From an uncultured Prevotellaceae bacterium (GTDB lineage: Bacteria; Bacteroidota; Bacteroidia; Bacteroidales; UBA932), in NCBI GenBank assembly GCA_900314395.1, contig OMVB01000157.1, positions 4,433 to 68,432 of the forward strand: 64,000 bases of DNA. Reading direction: 5' to 3'. Position 1 is the stretch's first letter, and every line of letters starts with the position of its first letter. A model generated the notes under the pieces. The model worked only from the letters and a program-made list of their open reading frames with translations, searched no databases and had not been told where the DNA came from. This document shows positions 9,350-20,120 of the stretch, piece after piece. The position numbers and the translations under genes were made by a program.

Positions 9350-10867
9350 TTATAAAGACTTCTCCGGCCTCATCTGAGGGAAGAACAGAACATCCTGGAT
9401 GGTAGTCTGGCCCGTCATGAACATCGTCAGGCGGTCAATACCCATGCCAAGACCGGAAGTCGGAGGCATACCGTACTCAAGAGCACGCACAAAGTCGTAG
9501 TCAATAAACATAGCCTCATCGTCACCGCCGGCCTTAAGCTTAGCCTGATCCTCGAAGCGCTCAAGCTGGTCTACAGGGTCGTTAAGTTCTGAGTAAGCGT
9601 TAGCCAGCTCCTTGCCGCAAACAAAGAGCTCGAAGCGCTCCGTAAGGGCAGGATTGGTACGATGCCTCTTTGTAAGAGGAGACATCTCCACCGGATAATC
9701 GATAACAAAGGTAGGCTGAACGAAGTTCTTCTCACAGTACTCTCCAAAGATAGCGTCAATCAGCTTGCCAACACCCATCGAAGGAGTAATCTCCACATTC
9801 AGCTTCTTGCAAACATCGCGGAGCTCGTCAACGCCCATACCGGCAACATCGACCCCGGCATATTCCTTAATTGCATCAAGAATGCCGATGCGGCGGTAAG
9901 GAGCCTTGAAGTCCACCTCATTGCCGTTTATGGTAACTTTTGTTGTGCCGTTTACGGCGGTAGAAACCTTCTCCAGCATCTTCTCTACGAACTCCATCAT
10001 CCAGATGTAGTCCTTGTAGGCAACGTAAATCTCCATGCAGGTAAACTCAGGGTTGTGAGTCTTGTCCATGCCCTCGTTGCGGAAGTCCTTCGCGAACTCG
10101 TAAACGCCGGAGAAACCGCCCACAATCAGCCTCTTGAGATAAAGCTCATTGGCGATTCTCATGTACAGAGGAATATCCAGGGCGTTATGGTGAGTGATGA
10201 AAGGACGAGCCGTTGCACCACCCGGAATCGCCTGAAGGATAGGAGTTTCCACCTCAAGGCAGCCGGCTGCGTTGAAGTACTCGCGCATGGTGGCGATAAT
10301 CTTGGCCCTCTTAACGAAGACATCCTTGACCTGAGGGTTCACAATAAGGTCTACATATCTCTGGCGGTAGCGGAGTTCCGGATCCGTGAAGGCGTCGTGC
10401 ACCTTGCCGTCGGCCTCCTTTACGATAGGGAGAACCCTGAGCGACTTGCTAAGCACAGTGAGCTCCTTTGCATGCACGGAAAGCTGTCCGGTCTGGGTGA
10501 TGAATGCAAAACCCTTTATGCCGACGATATCTCCGATGTCCAGGAGTTTCTTGAAGACAGTGTTATACATGGTTTTGTCCTCTCCGGGGCAAATCTCGTC
10601 GCGTTTTACATATACCTGGATGCGGCCGGATTCGTCCTGAAGTTCCATAAACGAGGCCGCTCCCATGATTCTGCGGGACATAATACGGCCTGCTATGCAC
10701 AAATCCTGAAGATTGTTCTCTTCCGGTTTATACTCTGCGGCGATTTTAGCTGCGGTGGAGTTTACGGGGTAGAGAGGGGCGGGGTAGGGATCGATGCCCA
10801 GCTCGCGAAGTTTGTTCATCGATTCACGTCTCAGGATTTCCTGTTCACTTAGCTGTTGTGTTGCCAT
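9350..10867 (-). CDS. lysS: Lysyl-tRNA synthetase
   Basis: [33 protein letters not shown] and GLGMGIDRL motifs. Confidence 0.98.
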   Translation of the reverse strand: MATQQLSEQEILRRESMNKLRELGIDPYPAPLYPVNSTAAKIAAEYKPEENNLQDLCIAGRIMSRRIMGAASFMELQDESGRIQVYVKRDEICPGEDKTMYNTVFKKLLDIGDIVGIKGFAFITQTGQLSVHAKELTVLSKSLRVLPIVKEADGKVHDAFTDPELRYRQRYVDLIVNPQVKDVFVKRAKIIATMREYFNAAGCLEVETPILQAIPGGATARPFITHHNALDIPLYMRIANELYLKRLIVGGFSGVYEFAKDFRNEGMDKTHNPEFTCMEIYVAYKDYIWMMEFVEKMLEKVSTAVNGTTKVTINGNEVDFKAPYRRIGILDAIKEYAGVDVAGMGVDELRDVCKKLNVEITPSMGVGKLIDAIFGEYCEKNFVQPTFVIDYPVEMSPLTKRHRTNPALTERFELFVCGKELANAYSELNDPVDQLERFEDQAKLKAGGDDEAMFIDYDFVRALEYGMPPTSGLGMGIDRLTMFMTGQTTIQDVLFFPQMRPEKSL

Positions 10868-10894
10868 TTTCCTTTTTTATTATTTATCGAGTGG

Positions 10895-10922
10895 CAAATA
10901 TAGAAAAAATTGGCTATATTTG
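10895..10922. promoter_or_regulatory. Divergent lysS/recJ promoters
   Basis: TATATTTG on the minus strand at 10902-10895 and on the plus strand at 10915-10922. Confidence 0.6.
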
Positions 10923-10948
10923 GAAATTCTTTGGAATATGCCGCTTAT

Positions 10949-12688
10949 ATGGAGAATGCAGTTGAAAGAAAATGGATCATAAAAGAGGCTTCCAACCCGG
11001 AGGCTGTGAGCCGTTTGTCCGCAGAACTGGGAATTGACCCGGTCCTGTCGGGACTGCTTGTCCAGCGCGGTGTGGAAACCTTTGAACAGGCCCGCGCATT
11101 CTTCCGCCCGGACCTTGACTCGCTTCACGATCCCTTCCTGATGAAGGATATGGACAAAGCTGTGGAGCGGCTCCGCAAGGCTGTCATTTCCGGGGAAAAG
11201 ATTCTGGTCTACGGAGATTACGATGTAGACGGAACCACCGCCGTGGCCCTGGTTTATTCTTTCCTGCGCCGCTTTACTTCCCGGGTTGATTTTTATATTC
11301 CTGACCGATACGACGAGGGTTACGGAGTCTCCCGCAAGGGCATTGAGTGGGCGGCGGAGAACGGTTTCAAGCTCATTATCACCCTGGACTGCGGAATAAA
11401 GGCCATAGAGAAGGTGGAATACGCCGCTTCCAAGGGTATCGATGTGGTGATATGCGACCATCATCTTCCGGAGGAAGGCCTTCCGGCAGCTGTGGCCGTA
11501 CTGGACCCCAAGAGGGAGGATTGCCACTATCCATTCGACGACCTTTGCGGCTGCGGTGTAGGCTTCAAACTTGTTCAGGCTTATTCCCAGATAGAAGGCA
11601 TTCCGTTCGAGGAATTGATTCCTCTTCTGGACCTGCTGGTTGTCAGCATCGCATCGGACCTGGTATCGGTCCGCGGGGAAAACAGGGTGCTGGCTCACTT
11701 CGGCTTAAAAAGGCTTAATGAGCAGCCTCGCAAAGGTCTCCAGGCCATCATCAACCTTTCCAATTTGGAAAGCAGCCACGTGACCATTGACGATATCGTC
11801 TTTAAAATCGGCCCCCGAATCAATGCCGCCGGCCGTATAGAGAGCGGCCGCCTGGCAGTAGAACTCCTTACGGCGCAGGATGACGCCGAGGCCGCCCGCA
11901 TCGCATCGCAGATCAACGACAACAACAACGAGCGTAAGAGCATAGACCGCGAGATAACCCGTGAGGCCATAGAAATGGTAATGACGGGCAACTGCATATC
12001 TTCGGAGAATGCCACCATAGTTTACAACCCGTCGTGGAACAAAGGTGTTGTGGGCATCGTGGCTTCACGCCTTGTAGAGGCCTTCTACAAGCCTACATTT
12101 GTGCTTACCAAGTCCAACGGCTTCGTTACCGGTTCCGCCCGCAGCGTTCGTGGCTTTGATTTGTACGATTCAATTGAGTCCCAGGCAGACCTTCTGGAGA
12201 ACTTCGGCGGCCATATCTACGCGGCCGGCCTTACCATGAAGGAAGAAAACCTGCCGGAGTTCGCCCGCCGCATAGACGAGTACGTGGCTTCCCACCTGAG
12301 CAAGGAGATGTCTACGCCTGTTGTTGAGGTAGATTCCGTGCTGGATTTCTCGCACATTACTCCCAAGTTTTTCAGGATCCTGAAGCAGTTCCAGCCTTTT
12401 GGCCCCGGCAACAACGCACCGGTCTTCCTTACGGAAAACGTGTACGACGACGGTAACGGCCGCAAGGTTGGCCCGGCAGCCCAGCATCTTAAACTGGAAC
12501 TTATCCAGGAAAGCCAGCCGTACCACCAGATTGGGGCAATCGGCTTCAATATGTCGGAGTACTTCGACCATATCAAGGCCGGCAACCCCTTCGATATCTG
12601 CTATTCTATCGTGGAGAATTACTACCGCGGAAATTCCACCATCCAGCTGCGCATCAAGGACATCCGCGAGCGGGAGGATGTTATCTGA
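10949..12688 (+). CDS. recJ: ssDNA exonuclease RecJ
   Basis: YGDYDVDG, ITLDCG, DHH, PRINAAGR and GGHIYAAG DHH/DHHA1 motifs; start moved to the Met downstream of the -7 element. Confidence 0.96.
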   Translation: MENAVERKWIIKEASNPEAVSRLSAELGIDPVLSGLLVQRGVETFEQARAFFRPDLDSLHDPFLMKDMDKAVERLRKAVISGEKILVYGDYDVDGTTAVALVYSFLRRFTSRVDFYIPDRYDEGYGVSRKGIEWAAENGFKLIITLDCGIKAIEKVEYAASKGIDVVICDHHLPEEGLPAAVAVLDPKREDCHYPFDDLCGCGVGFKLVQAYSQIEGIPFEELIPLLDLLVVSIASDLVSVRGENRVLAHFGLKRLNEQPRKGLQAIINLSNLESSHVTIDDIVFKIGPRINAAGRIESGRLAVELLTAQDDAEAARIASQINDNNNERKSIDREITREAIEMVMTGNCISSENATIVYNPSWNKGVVGIVASRLVEAFYKPTFVLTKSNGFVTGSARSVRGFDLYDSIESQADLLENFGGHIYAAGLTMKEENLPEFARRIDEYVASHLSKEMSTPVVEVDSVLDFSHITPKFFRILKQFQPFGPGNNAPVFLTENVYDDGNGRKVGPAAQHLKLELIQESQPYHQIGAIGFNMSEYFDHIKAGNPFDICYSIVENYYRGNSTIQLRIKDIREREDVI

Positions 12689-13166
12689 TCTCTTTTGCTG
12701 CGGCTTTGTAGTTGGCTTTGCGGGTGTTGTAGAGGTTTTGAAGGAGCTCAAGGAGCTCTTTTTTTGTTTTTGCCGATGCCAGCAGTGGTCTTTTGCCGAT
12801 GTTCCCCTGGGCCCAGAGGCGGTCTGCGATTGTTTCCAGCGGGGTGTCCAGCCAGATGCAGTGGCTGTATTTCTTCACCAGCTCCAGATTCTCCTTATCC
12901 TCCAATGTGCCACCTCCAAGAGCAAGGATTGAAATGTCTCCTTCCAGAATATCCTGAAGGGTGGCTTTTTCCAGGGAGCGGAAGGCGGGCTCACCGCCTT
13001 CGGCGAAGATACGGGCAAGGCTCTTGCCGGCGCGGCGCTCGACTTCTGCATCAAGGTCTATCCAGCGGGCTGGATGACCGGATGCAGAAAGCTGCGCCGC
13101 GAGCTCCTTCGCAGCACAACTCTTCCCGCTTCCGGGCATTCCTGCTATTGAAATAATCTGGTCCAT
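12681..13166 (-). CDS. aroK: Shikimate kinase
   Basis: GMPGSGKS P-loop, DLD, GEPAFR, ALGGG and KRPLL motifs. Confidence 0.9.
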   Translation of the reverse strand: MDQIISIAGMPGSGKSCAAKELAAQLSASGHPARWIDLDAEVERRAGKSLARIFAEGGEPAFRSLEKATLQDILEGDISILALGGGTLEDKENLELVKKYSHCIWLDTPLETIADRLWAQGNIGKRPLLASAKTKKELLELLQNLYNTRKANYKAAAKEIR

Positions 13167-13178
13167 ATTTTTTATAGT

Positions 13179-13238
13179 ATGTCACCCTGTTCCAAAGACC
13201 ATGGACCCTTATTTCCGGTCTTTGGAACAGGGTGACAT
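13179..13238 (-). repeat. Long palindrome family B, copy 2 (intergenic, parC-aroK)
   Basis: 22-bp perfect stem ATGTCACCCTGTTCCAAAGACC/GGTCTTTGGAACAGGGTGACAT; loop GGAAATAAGGGTCCAT on the minus strand. Confidence 0.9.
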
Positions 13239-13247
13239 GCTTGCATG

Positions 13248-15992
13248 TTAAATATTGAAGAGGTTAGGCTCTTCCTCGTCACCGAATGAGAGGTCGTCTA
13301 TGCCAAGGTCAATGACGTCGCCTGCTACTGCGTCCCGCTTTTTGGGAGATTCTTCGCTTTCGCTCAGAATGACAGGGGAGTCGCTCTGGGTGACAGGGGA
13401 GTCTTCTGGAACCGGCAGGGGCTCTCCGAAGGCGACGGCCTTGAGGTCGAACGGCGAGCACTTCTTGCCCTTGGCCGTGAAGCCCTTCTTGCCGATAAAC
13501 TCCTCTGCATCAATTGTTTCCGGCTGCCTGTGTGCGAACTTGCCACCGAAGGTAAGCTCTATAACCGGACGCTCGTCGGAAGAAACAGCAACCAGGTAAC
13601 TGCCCTTGGCATCGGCAATAAAACCAAGAGGAGTGTTGTCGCTTACAGGGAAACTGAACCTCTTCACATAGAAGGCCTTGGCCGCACCGTCCCAGTAAAG
13701 GGCCGTATAGGTCTTGGAAGTATCCAGCTTTTCTATCTGGAGCACATCGCCCTGATAGCGGTTGCTAAGGTCGAACGAAGTGGTATAGAAGGTTCCGTTC
13801 TTGAAAACCGCCAGGATCTTGTCCTCTGCGCCAAACTGTCCAAGGTGGATTCCGCGGCCGTCCTCATTCAGCCTCTGGACATCGGCATCGTACCAGATAT
13901 CCTTGCCGCTGATAGTGGAAACACCCTTGTTCTTGAGGGTTATCCTCTGGATGGCGTTCTTTGTCACAAGATTGCCCCTTGAACCGCGTGCCTTGATTGC
14001 CAGGGCAGAGAAATCGTATTCGATAGAACTCTTCTTGAGCATCGGCTTGGGCCTGAAGGTGACTCGCACGCTCTCTGCCTCTCCGTTGTGGTTGGCCGTC
14101 ATCCACATAATCTGGCTGCCCGGCTTGCCCTGGGTGATATCGTACTCCTTGTCGCGGGTTATAGAGGTGATATTGAAGCGCTTAGCGTAATATATGGAGG
14201 ACTTTCCGTCGCGGTAGATTACGTTGTAGATTGTACGGTCGTCGCCTCGGTTGAAGACATTCGCATAAATCAGGTCCTTTGCGATGAACGCCTTGTCCGT
14301 AACCTTTGTCACCCTGTATGTTCCATCCTTGCCGATGGTGATGATTTCACTCAGGTCAGAGCAGTCGCAGATATACTCTCCGCCATCGTCTTTCTTAAGG
14401 CCGATGCCGACGAAGCCCTCTGCCAGGTTGGCATAAAGCTTGGCGTTGTTGTTGACAACCTTGGTGGCTGCGATGGTCTCGAAGTTGGTGATTTCCGTCT
14501 GGCGGGGGAAGAGGTCCCCGTATTTTTTCTTAAGGGACTTGAACCAGTCGATGGTGTACCTGGTAAGATGCTCCAGCTTGTCCCTGAGGTCTGCAATCTG
14601 CTCCTCTATGCCGCGGATTCTCTCTTCCACGGCCTTGACGTCGAACTTGGAAATCTTGCGCACCGGCTTCTCCACAAGCTTAAGGATATCGTCCATTATA
14701 ATCTCGCGGTTAACCTGGCCCTGGAACTGCTTCATGGCCTCGAATACCTCCTGAAGCTGAATCTCCCAAGTCTTCTGGTCCTGCTCCAGGACTTTGTAAA
14801 TGCGGTTCTCGAAGAAGATTCTTTCAAGGGAGTTGTAATGCCAGTCGTCCTCCAGCTCGTTCAGGCGAATCTGAAGCTGGCGGCCAAGGAGCTCCTTGGT
14901 GTGGTTGGTGCTGTATTCCAGCACGTCGTTTACGCTCAGGAACTGCGGCTTGTTGTCTACGATAACGCAGGCGTTGGGCGCGATTGTAGTCTCGCAGTCC
15001 GTGAAGGCGTAAAGTGCATCAATCGTCTTGTCCGGGGATACATCGTTGGGAAGGTGAATCACAATCTCTACCTTCTCCGTAGTCATATCCTCTATTTTCT
15101 TAATCTTGATTTTGCCCTTGTCCTTTGCCTTCAGGATGGTGTCTATCACCTGCTGGGTGGTCTTTCCGTAAGGAATCTCCGTTATGGCGATGGTATTCTT
15201 GTCAATCTTCTCAATGCGCGCGCGTACCTTTACAATACCGCCGCGCTTGCCGGCCATGTATTTGGAGCACTCCGCGAAGCCGCCGGTAGGGAAGTCCGGG
15301 AAAATCTGGTAGGGCTCTCCCTTAAGGATGGCGATGGATGCATCCAGAAGTTCGTTGAAGTTATGCGGGAGAATCTTGGAAGCCATACCCACGGCAATGC
15401 CCTCAGTTCCTTGCGCCAGAAGCAGCGGGAAACGTACCGGGAGCTCCGTAGGCTCCTGGTTGCGGCCGTCATAGGACGTCATCCAGTTGGTAATCTTAGG
15501 GTCGAATACAACTTCCTTTGCGAACTTGCTCAGGCGGGCCTCTATGTATCGGGGGGCCGCATTGCTGTCACCGGTGAGGATGTTACCCCAGTTACCCTGG
15601 CAGTCTACGGTAAAGCCCTTCTGGCCCAGCTGGACCAGGGCTCCAAGGATGGATGCATCACCGTGAGGGTGATACTGCATGGCCTGTCCTACGATGTTCG
15701 CAACCTTTGTAAAGCGGCCGTCGTCCATCTTGTACATGGCGTGGAGCACACGCCTCTGTACGGGCTTCAGTCCGTCCACGATGTGCGGGACGGCCCTGGC
15801 CAGGATTACATAGGATGAATAGTCAAGGAACCAGTCCTTGAACATTCCGGAAAGCTTGAACTTTGTGCTGTCTTCACCCAGCAGGCGGTCGTATCGTCCG
15901 CTGGGAGTGGCCGAATCGTCCAAAGGCTCGCCGGCTTCATCGTCATCGAATTGACTGTCAACGTTTTTGATATCGTCCCAATCTTCGCTCAT
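13248..15992 (-). CDS. parC: DNA topoisomerase IV subunit A (GyrA/ParC family, Bacteroidetes type)
   Basis: DGLKPVQRR, YHPHGDASI and APRYIEARL catalytic Tyr; ParC rather than GyrA is inferred. Confidence 0.85.
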   Translation of the reverse strand: MSEDWDDIKNVDSQFDDDEAGEPLDDSATPSGRYDRLLGEDSTKFKLSGMFKDWFLDYSSYVILARAVPHIVDGLKPVQRRVLHAMYKMDDGRFTKVANIVGQAMQYHPHGDASILGALVQLGQKGFTVDCQGNWGNILTGDSNAAPRYIEARLSKFAKEVVFDPKITNWMTSYDGRNQEPTELPVRFPLLLAQGTEGIAVGMASKILPHNFNELLDASIAILKGEPYQIFPDFPTGGFAECSKYMAGKRGGIVKVRARIEKIDKNTIAITEIPYGKTTQQVIDTILKAKDKGKIKIKKIEDMTTEKVEIVIHLPNDVSPDKTIDALYAFTDCETTIAPNACVIVDNKPQFLSVNDVLEYSTNHTKELLGRQLQIRLNELEDDWHYNSLERIFFENRIYKVLEQDQKTWEIQLQEVFEAMKQFQGQVNREIIMDDILKLVEKPVRKISKFDVKAVEERIRGIEEQIADLRDKLEHLTRYTIDWFKSLKKKYGDLFPRQTEITNFETIAATKVVNNNAKLYANLAEGFVGIGLKKDDGGEYICDCSDLSEIITIGKDGTYRVTKVTDKAFIAKDLIYANVFNRGDDRTIYNVIYRDGKSSIYYAKRFNITSITRDKEYDITQGKPGSQIMWMTANHNGEAESVRVTFRPKPMLKKSSIEYDFSALAIKARGSRGNLVTKNAIQRITLKNKGVSTISGKDIWYDADVQRLNEDGRGIHLGQFGAEDKILAVFKNGTFYTTSFDLSNRYQGDVLQIEKLDTSKTYTALYWDGAAKAFYVKRFSFPVSDNTPLGFIADAKGSYLVAVSSDERPVIELTFGGKFAHRQPETIDAEEFIGKKGFTAKGKKCSPFDLKAVAFGEPLPVPEDSPVTQSDSPVILSESEESPKKRDAVAGDVIDLGIDDLSFGDEEEPNLFNI
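13346..13403 (-). repeat. REP-like family A, copy 4 plus a partial tandem copy (in-frame in the ParC tail)
   Basis: Encodes DSPVTQSDSPVILSESEESP; ATTCT/AGAAT stem. Confidence 0.85.
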
Positions 15993-16004
15993 TATCTTCT
16001 CCTT

Positions 16005-16901
16005 TTATTCTTCGTATCCGAATCTTCTCAATTCCTTGCGGCTGGTGCGCCAGTCGCTGTCTACCTTTACAAACAAACTCAGGAACACCTTCTTCTGGAA
16101 GAAGTCTTCCATTTCTATGCGGGCTGCGGTGCCAAGGCGCTTCATGGCCTCGCCTTTCCTGCCTATCAGTATGCCCTTCTGGGAATCCCTCATCACGTAA
16201 ATCACCGCGCTGATGTCGTATTTCTCCTGTCCCTCAAGGAACTGCTCCACAACAACTTCGCAGCTGTACGGAATCTCCTTGTCGTAAAGCAGAAGAATCT
16301 TCTCGCGGATAATCTCAGAGGCGAAGAACCGCAGGTTTTTGTCAGTAAAAGTATCTTTGTCATACCAGGGCGGGCTCACCGGGAGCTTTTCCACTATGGT
16401 ATTGAACACGTTCTCCAGGTTGAATTTTTCCTTTGCCGACACAGGGAAGATTACAGCCTTCGGAAGCTGCTCCTGCCACCACTGCATCAGCGATGTAACT
16501 GTCTTCTGGTCGCTTATGTCAATTTTGTTTATTACCAGGATGACCGGGCACTCCAGGCGCTTCAGCTTCTCAATATATTCGGCATTCTTGTCGGCCTTCT
16601 CTACCACATCGGTAACATACAGGATAAGGTCTGCATCGCCGATTGCGGTATCAACGAAGTTCATCATATTCTGCTGGAGACGGTAGTTGGGTCGCAGGAT
16701 ACCAGGGGTATCGGAGTATACGATCTGGTAATCATCGGTATTGACGATACCCATGATACGGTGCCTGGTGGTCTGCGCCTTCGCTGTGACGATGGACAGT
16801 TTTTCACCCACCAGGGCATTCATAAGGGTGGATTTGCCAACATTCGGGTTGCCGATGATGTTGACAAAGCCGGCCCTGTGTTTATTGTCCCTGCCTTCCA
16901 T
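16005..16901 (-). CDS. era: GTPase Era
   Basis: GNPNVGKSTL, QTTR, DTPG, NKID and KH-domain GILIGRKG. Confidence 0.97.
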   Translation of the reverse strand: MEGRDNKHRAGFVNIIGNPNVGKSTLMNALVGEKLSIVTAKAQTTRHRIMGIVNTDDYQIVYSDTPGILRPNYRLQQNMMNFVDTAIGDADLILYVTDVVEKADKNAEYIEKLKRLECPVILVINKIDISDQKTVTSLMQWWQEQLPKAVIFPVSAKEKFNLENVFNTIVEKLPVSPPWYDKDTFTDKNLRFFASEIIREKILLLYDKEIPYSCEVVVEQFLEGQEKYDISAVIYVMRDSQKGILIGRKGEAMKRLGTAARIEMEDFFQKKVFLSLFVKVDSDWRTSRKELRRFGYEE

Positions 16902-18091
16902 TAAATGTAGGCTCCCATTTTAAGGATGTTGGCCTCATTCTCTGTGAGGTATCTCCATTCTCCGCGCTTGAGGCCCTTCTTTGTGAGTCCTGCAAAGTAA
17001 ACGCGGTCAAGGCCTTTGACATCGTAGCCTAGATGCTCGAATATCCTGCGGACGATGCGGTTCTTGCCGGAATGAATCTCAATTCCAAGCTTCTTATGGT
17101 TGCCTTCGTCTACGTATTCAAGGTCGTCTGCGGCGATGACGCCGTCTGCGAGCTCTACGCCGGCCATGATCTGGTCGAAGTCTTCACGGCTAAGGTCGCG
17201 GTCCAGGGTTACCTGGTAAATCTTCTTTTTGTCGTATGATGGATGAGCCAGCTTCTCTGCTACGTCGCCGTCGTTGGTGAACATGAGCACACCTGTGGTG
17301 GCTTTGTCCAGGCGGCCTACGGGGAATACCCTTGCGGTGCAGTTCTTAAGGAGGTCCATCACGGTCTTGTCTGCGTGGGGGTCGCTTGCGGTGGTAACAT
17401 AGCCCTTGGGCTTGTTCATCACAATGTAAACCTTGCTTTCCCCGCGGAGGAGTTCGCCGTTGAAGCGAACCTCGTCGTTGAAAATATTGACCTTTGTTCC
17501 AAGTTCTGTCACTACTACTCCGTTTACGGAAACCACACCTGCCTGAATCATGGTGTCGGCCTCGCGACGGGAGCAAACGCCGGAATTGGCGATGAATTTG
17601 TTAAGGCGAACCTCGTCTTTTGCAAGTACGGGTGCAACCTCTTCGGGAGCCTGCATCCTGGATACCTGGGGCTTGCGGCTTATCATTCTGTCTATGCCGT
17701 TTTCTTTCTTGCGTGCGGGGCCGAATGGCTTGCGTCCACCGCCAAATGATGGCTTGCGTCCACCGCCAAATGAAGGCTTGCGTCCGCCGCCGAATGAGGG
17801 TTTGCGGTCTCCGAAGGCCGATTTACGGTCTCCGAATGAACTCTTGTGCTCTCCAAAGCTTCTGCGCTCTTCTCCGTCTTCACGGCTTCTAAAAGGTCTG
17901 CGGCCGCCGTCTTCTGTGCTGCGGCTACGGAATGTCCTGTGTTCTCCAGTGTTATTGTCACTGTGGCTGCGGAACGGTTTGCGGCCTCCGAATGAAGGCT
18001 TGCGGTCTCCGCTAAATGTTCTTTTTTTCTTGAAATCTTCCATTTTGTTAAAGACCCTCTCGGGCGTTTTAATTGTTATGAACCCCTTCAC
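16901..18091 (-). CDS. RluB/RluF-like rRNA pseudouridine synthase with a long low-complexity N-terminus (start may be 18043)
   Basis: S4 domain RLNKFIANSGVCSRREAD; NKPKG and GRLD catalytic motifs. Confidence 0.9.
   Translation of the reverse strand: MKGFITIKTPERVFNKMEDFKKKRTFSGDRKPSFGGRKPFRSHSDNNTGEHRTFRSRSTEDGGRRPFRSREDGEERRSFGEHKSSFGDRKSAFGDRKPSFGGGRKPSFGGGRKPSFGGGRKPFGPARKKENGIDRMISRKPQVSRMQAPEEVAPVLAKDEVRLNKFIANSGVCSRREADTMIQAGVVSVNGVVVTELGTKVNIFNDEVRFNGELLRGESKVYIVMNKPKGYVTTASDPHADKTVMDLLKNCTARVFPVGRLDKATTGVLMFTNDGDVAEKLAHPSYDKKKIYQVTLDRDLSREDFDQIMAGVELADGVIAADDLEYVDEGNHKKLGIEIHSGKNRIVRRIFEHLGYDVKGLDRVYFAGLTKKGLKRGEWRYLTENEANILKMGAYI
17727..17840 (-). repeat. 24-nt coding tandem repeat (KPSFGGGR x3 plus degenerate units)
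   Basis: GGCTTGCGTCCACCGCCAAATGA units at 17727, 17751 and 17775. Confidence 0.85.
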
Positions 18092-18101
18092 AGGGGTGTT
18101 T

Positions 18102-18884
18102 TTACTTCAAATTGAATTTATAAGTTATTGTTCCATCTTGCAGCACCGGAGCGTCGGCAGCCTGGTTGAAGACTGTCTTCATCGCGGCCTTCCTTGCCTC
18201 TGCCCAGAGCGTGCTGTTGGAAGTGGTGGTGCCGGGTGCGCCAGGCTTGGCCTCTACAACCTTGCCGTACTGGTTCACCTTCACGGCTACGACTACCACG
18301 CCGGATTCCTGGACCGGATAGTTCGGAACAGGAATATTGCCGTTGACTACTGAACGGCCTTTTACTCCGTTGGGTTCTCCGTCCACCTTGCCGTAAGTTG
18401 TATTCCCCTTTGGGTGGCCGGCCTTTAGTTTGTCACTGACCGATGACGCAGTCTGCGGGGCCAGGGTGTCCTTTTCCGCCTTGTTGTTGGCTGCGCTGAA
18501 GAGCGCCCTCTTGTCGATGGGCTTTTCACGCGGAGGCTCTTTGACCTCTACGTCTCCCTTGTCACCCACAGTAGCTTCCGGGGCCTTGTTGGCCTTCTTG
18601 CCAACGTGCTGCGCTTCCGAACGCTGCACCAGCTGGTGGTCGCGGGAAGGATCCGGTTCCTCTGCCTGCGGCTGCTGGGAGGTAACCCTCTGCTCCATCG
18701 GCTCCTGCTCAATCACCTGGGTGAAATCGATCAAAAAACTCTCTTCAGGCGGCGGAGGGTCAAGGTACGTCAGGCCGGAGCCAAGTAGCGTGAGCGCAAG
18801 GCCTGCGTGAAGCGCCACTGCAAGCACGATGCCCGCCACGGTGCTCTGACGGTTGTTCTTATCCCTTAACTTCCTGTAGTTCAT
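18102..18884 (-). CDS. tonB: TonB family energy transducer
   Basis: N-terminal TM helix with His, Pro-rich linker, C-terminal PVPNYP...VVVAVKVNQYGKV...GTITYKF; follows exbB-exbD. Confidence 0.8.
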   Translation of the reverse strand: MNYRKLRDKNNRQSTVAGIVLAVALHAGLALTLLGSGLTYLDPPPPEESFLIDFTQVIEQEPMEQRVTSQQPQAEEPDPSRDHQLVQRSEAQHVGKKANKAPEATVGDKGDVEVKEPPREKPIDKRALFSAANNKAEKDTLAPQTASSVSDKLKAGHPKGNTTYGKVDGEPNGVKGRSVVNGNIPVPNYPVQESGVVVVAVKVNQYGKVVEAKPGAPGTTTSNSTLWAEARKAAMKTVFNQAADAPVLQDGTITYKFNLK

Positions 18885-18885
18885 T

Positions 18886-19299
18886 TTATTCCGGTGACGT
18901 TGCAAGAATTACCTTGTAATGATTTCGTTTCGCTATGTTCATCAGGGCTACCACTTCCTTGACGGGAACGGTTTCGTCGGAGTAGATAGAGAAAGTGGGG
19001 TCTTCCTCTGCCTGCAACAGGTCAATAAGCCTGTCCTCCACCTCTGCGAAGGGCAGCGGTGTTTCATCGCCGTTGATATGGTAGGTGAACAAGTCGTCCT
19101 GGTGCCAATCCTTCACTGATACGCTTACGCTGGCTTTGTCCGATACCTGGCCCGTGCTCTTGGGAAGCAGAAGCTTGAGCGCGTTTGGATTCACGAGCGT
19201 CGATGTCAGAAGGAAGAAGATCAGCAGCAGGAAAACCAGGTCTGTCATTGAAGACATTCCGGTTTCCGACAGGACCTTGGTGGTTCTTTTGAGTGCCAT
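18886..19299 (-). CDS. exbD: Biopolymer transporter ExbD
   Basis: SMTDLVFLLLIFFLL TM helix with conserved Asp. Confidence 0.92.
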   Translation of the reverse strand: MALKRTTKVLSETGMSSMTDLVFLLLIFFLLTSTLVNPNALKLLLPKSTGQVSDKASVSVSVKDWHQDDLFTYHINGDETPLPFAEVEDRLIDLLQAEEDPTFSIYSDETVPVKEVVALMNIAKRNHYKVILATSPE

Positions 19300-19302
19300 G
19301 TC

Positions 19303-20031
19303 TTATTCCTCCGATGCGGGTTCGTGCAGAACGTCCATGAACTCGATGGTTGCGTTCTCCATCTTGAATACCAGGTTGGAAATGTTGGATGTAAGATAGT
19401 TGTAGCCGAAGTAAGCGATAATACCTACGACAAGACCGCCTACGGTTGTAATCATTGCGGTGAAGATACCTCCGGAGAGGGTGGCGATATCTACGTTGCT
19501 GCCTGCAGTGTACATGTTGAAGAAGGCCTGTACCATGCCGATTACGGTTCCAAGGAATCCGATCATCGGGGCGCCTCCGGCGATGGTGGCAAGCATCGGC
19601 AGGCCTTTTTCAAGGCGTGCGACTTCTGCGTTGCCGGTATTCTCTACGGATGCCTGGATGTCGCTGAGCGGACGGCCGATTCTCTCTACGCCCTTCTGGA
19701 CAAGGCGGGCAATGGGGGAGTCGTAGTGCTCGCAGAGGTCAATTGCGGACTTGATTTTCCCGTCGTGGATATAGTCGCGGATGTCCTTCATGAAGTTCTT
19801 GTCAATCTTGCCGGCCTTGTGAATCATCCACCACTTTTGGCCGAAGATGTAAATTGCTATTACAGAAAGGATTGCAAGGACAATCATAAGGAAACCGCCC
19901 TTTGCTGCCATGCTAAGCAGGTCGAAGCTCTGCTCTGTCACTGCGGGTGCGGCTGCACTTGCTCCCTGCGCTGCTTCGTTAATCACTTCTGCGACACTGT
20001 CGCTCTGAATGAACAAAAGATTTGAAATCAT
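19303..20031 (-). CDS. exbB: ExbB/TolQ/MotA proton channel
   Basis: LATIAGGAPMIGFLGTVIGM and AMITTVGGL motifs. Confidence 0.92.
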   Translation of the reverse strand: MISNLLFIQSDSVAEVINEAAQGASAAAPAVTEQSFDLLSMAAKGGFLMIVLAILSVIAIYIFGQKWWMIHKAGKIDKNFMKDIRDYIHDGKIKSAIDLCEHYDSPIARLVQKGVERIGRPLSDIQASVENTGNAEVARLEKGLPMLATIAGGAPMIGFLGTVIGMVQAFFNMYTAGSNVDIATLSGGIFTAMITTVGGLVVGIIAYFGYNYLTSNISNLVFKMENATIEFMDVLHEPASEE

Positions 20032-20120
20032 ATTTTTGCAAAAATTTTAATTTTCAATTTTCCGAAAATCTCCAATCTGCAAAAATAGTGAAAATCTTAT
20101 AGATTTTAAAATAAATCTTT

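Noticed and set aside
14088-15818. 576-aa plus-strand ORF, and similar long ORFs at 3148-4554, 9662-10852, 19324-20025, 32901-33974 and 35022-36053
   Set aside because: Antisense shadows of well-supported genes in GC-rich DNA; no recognisable motifs.
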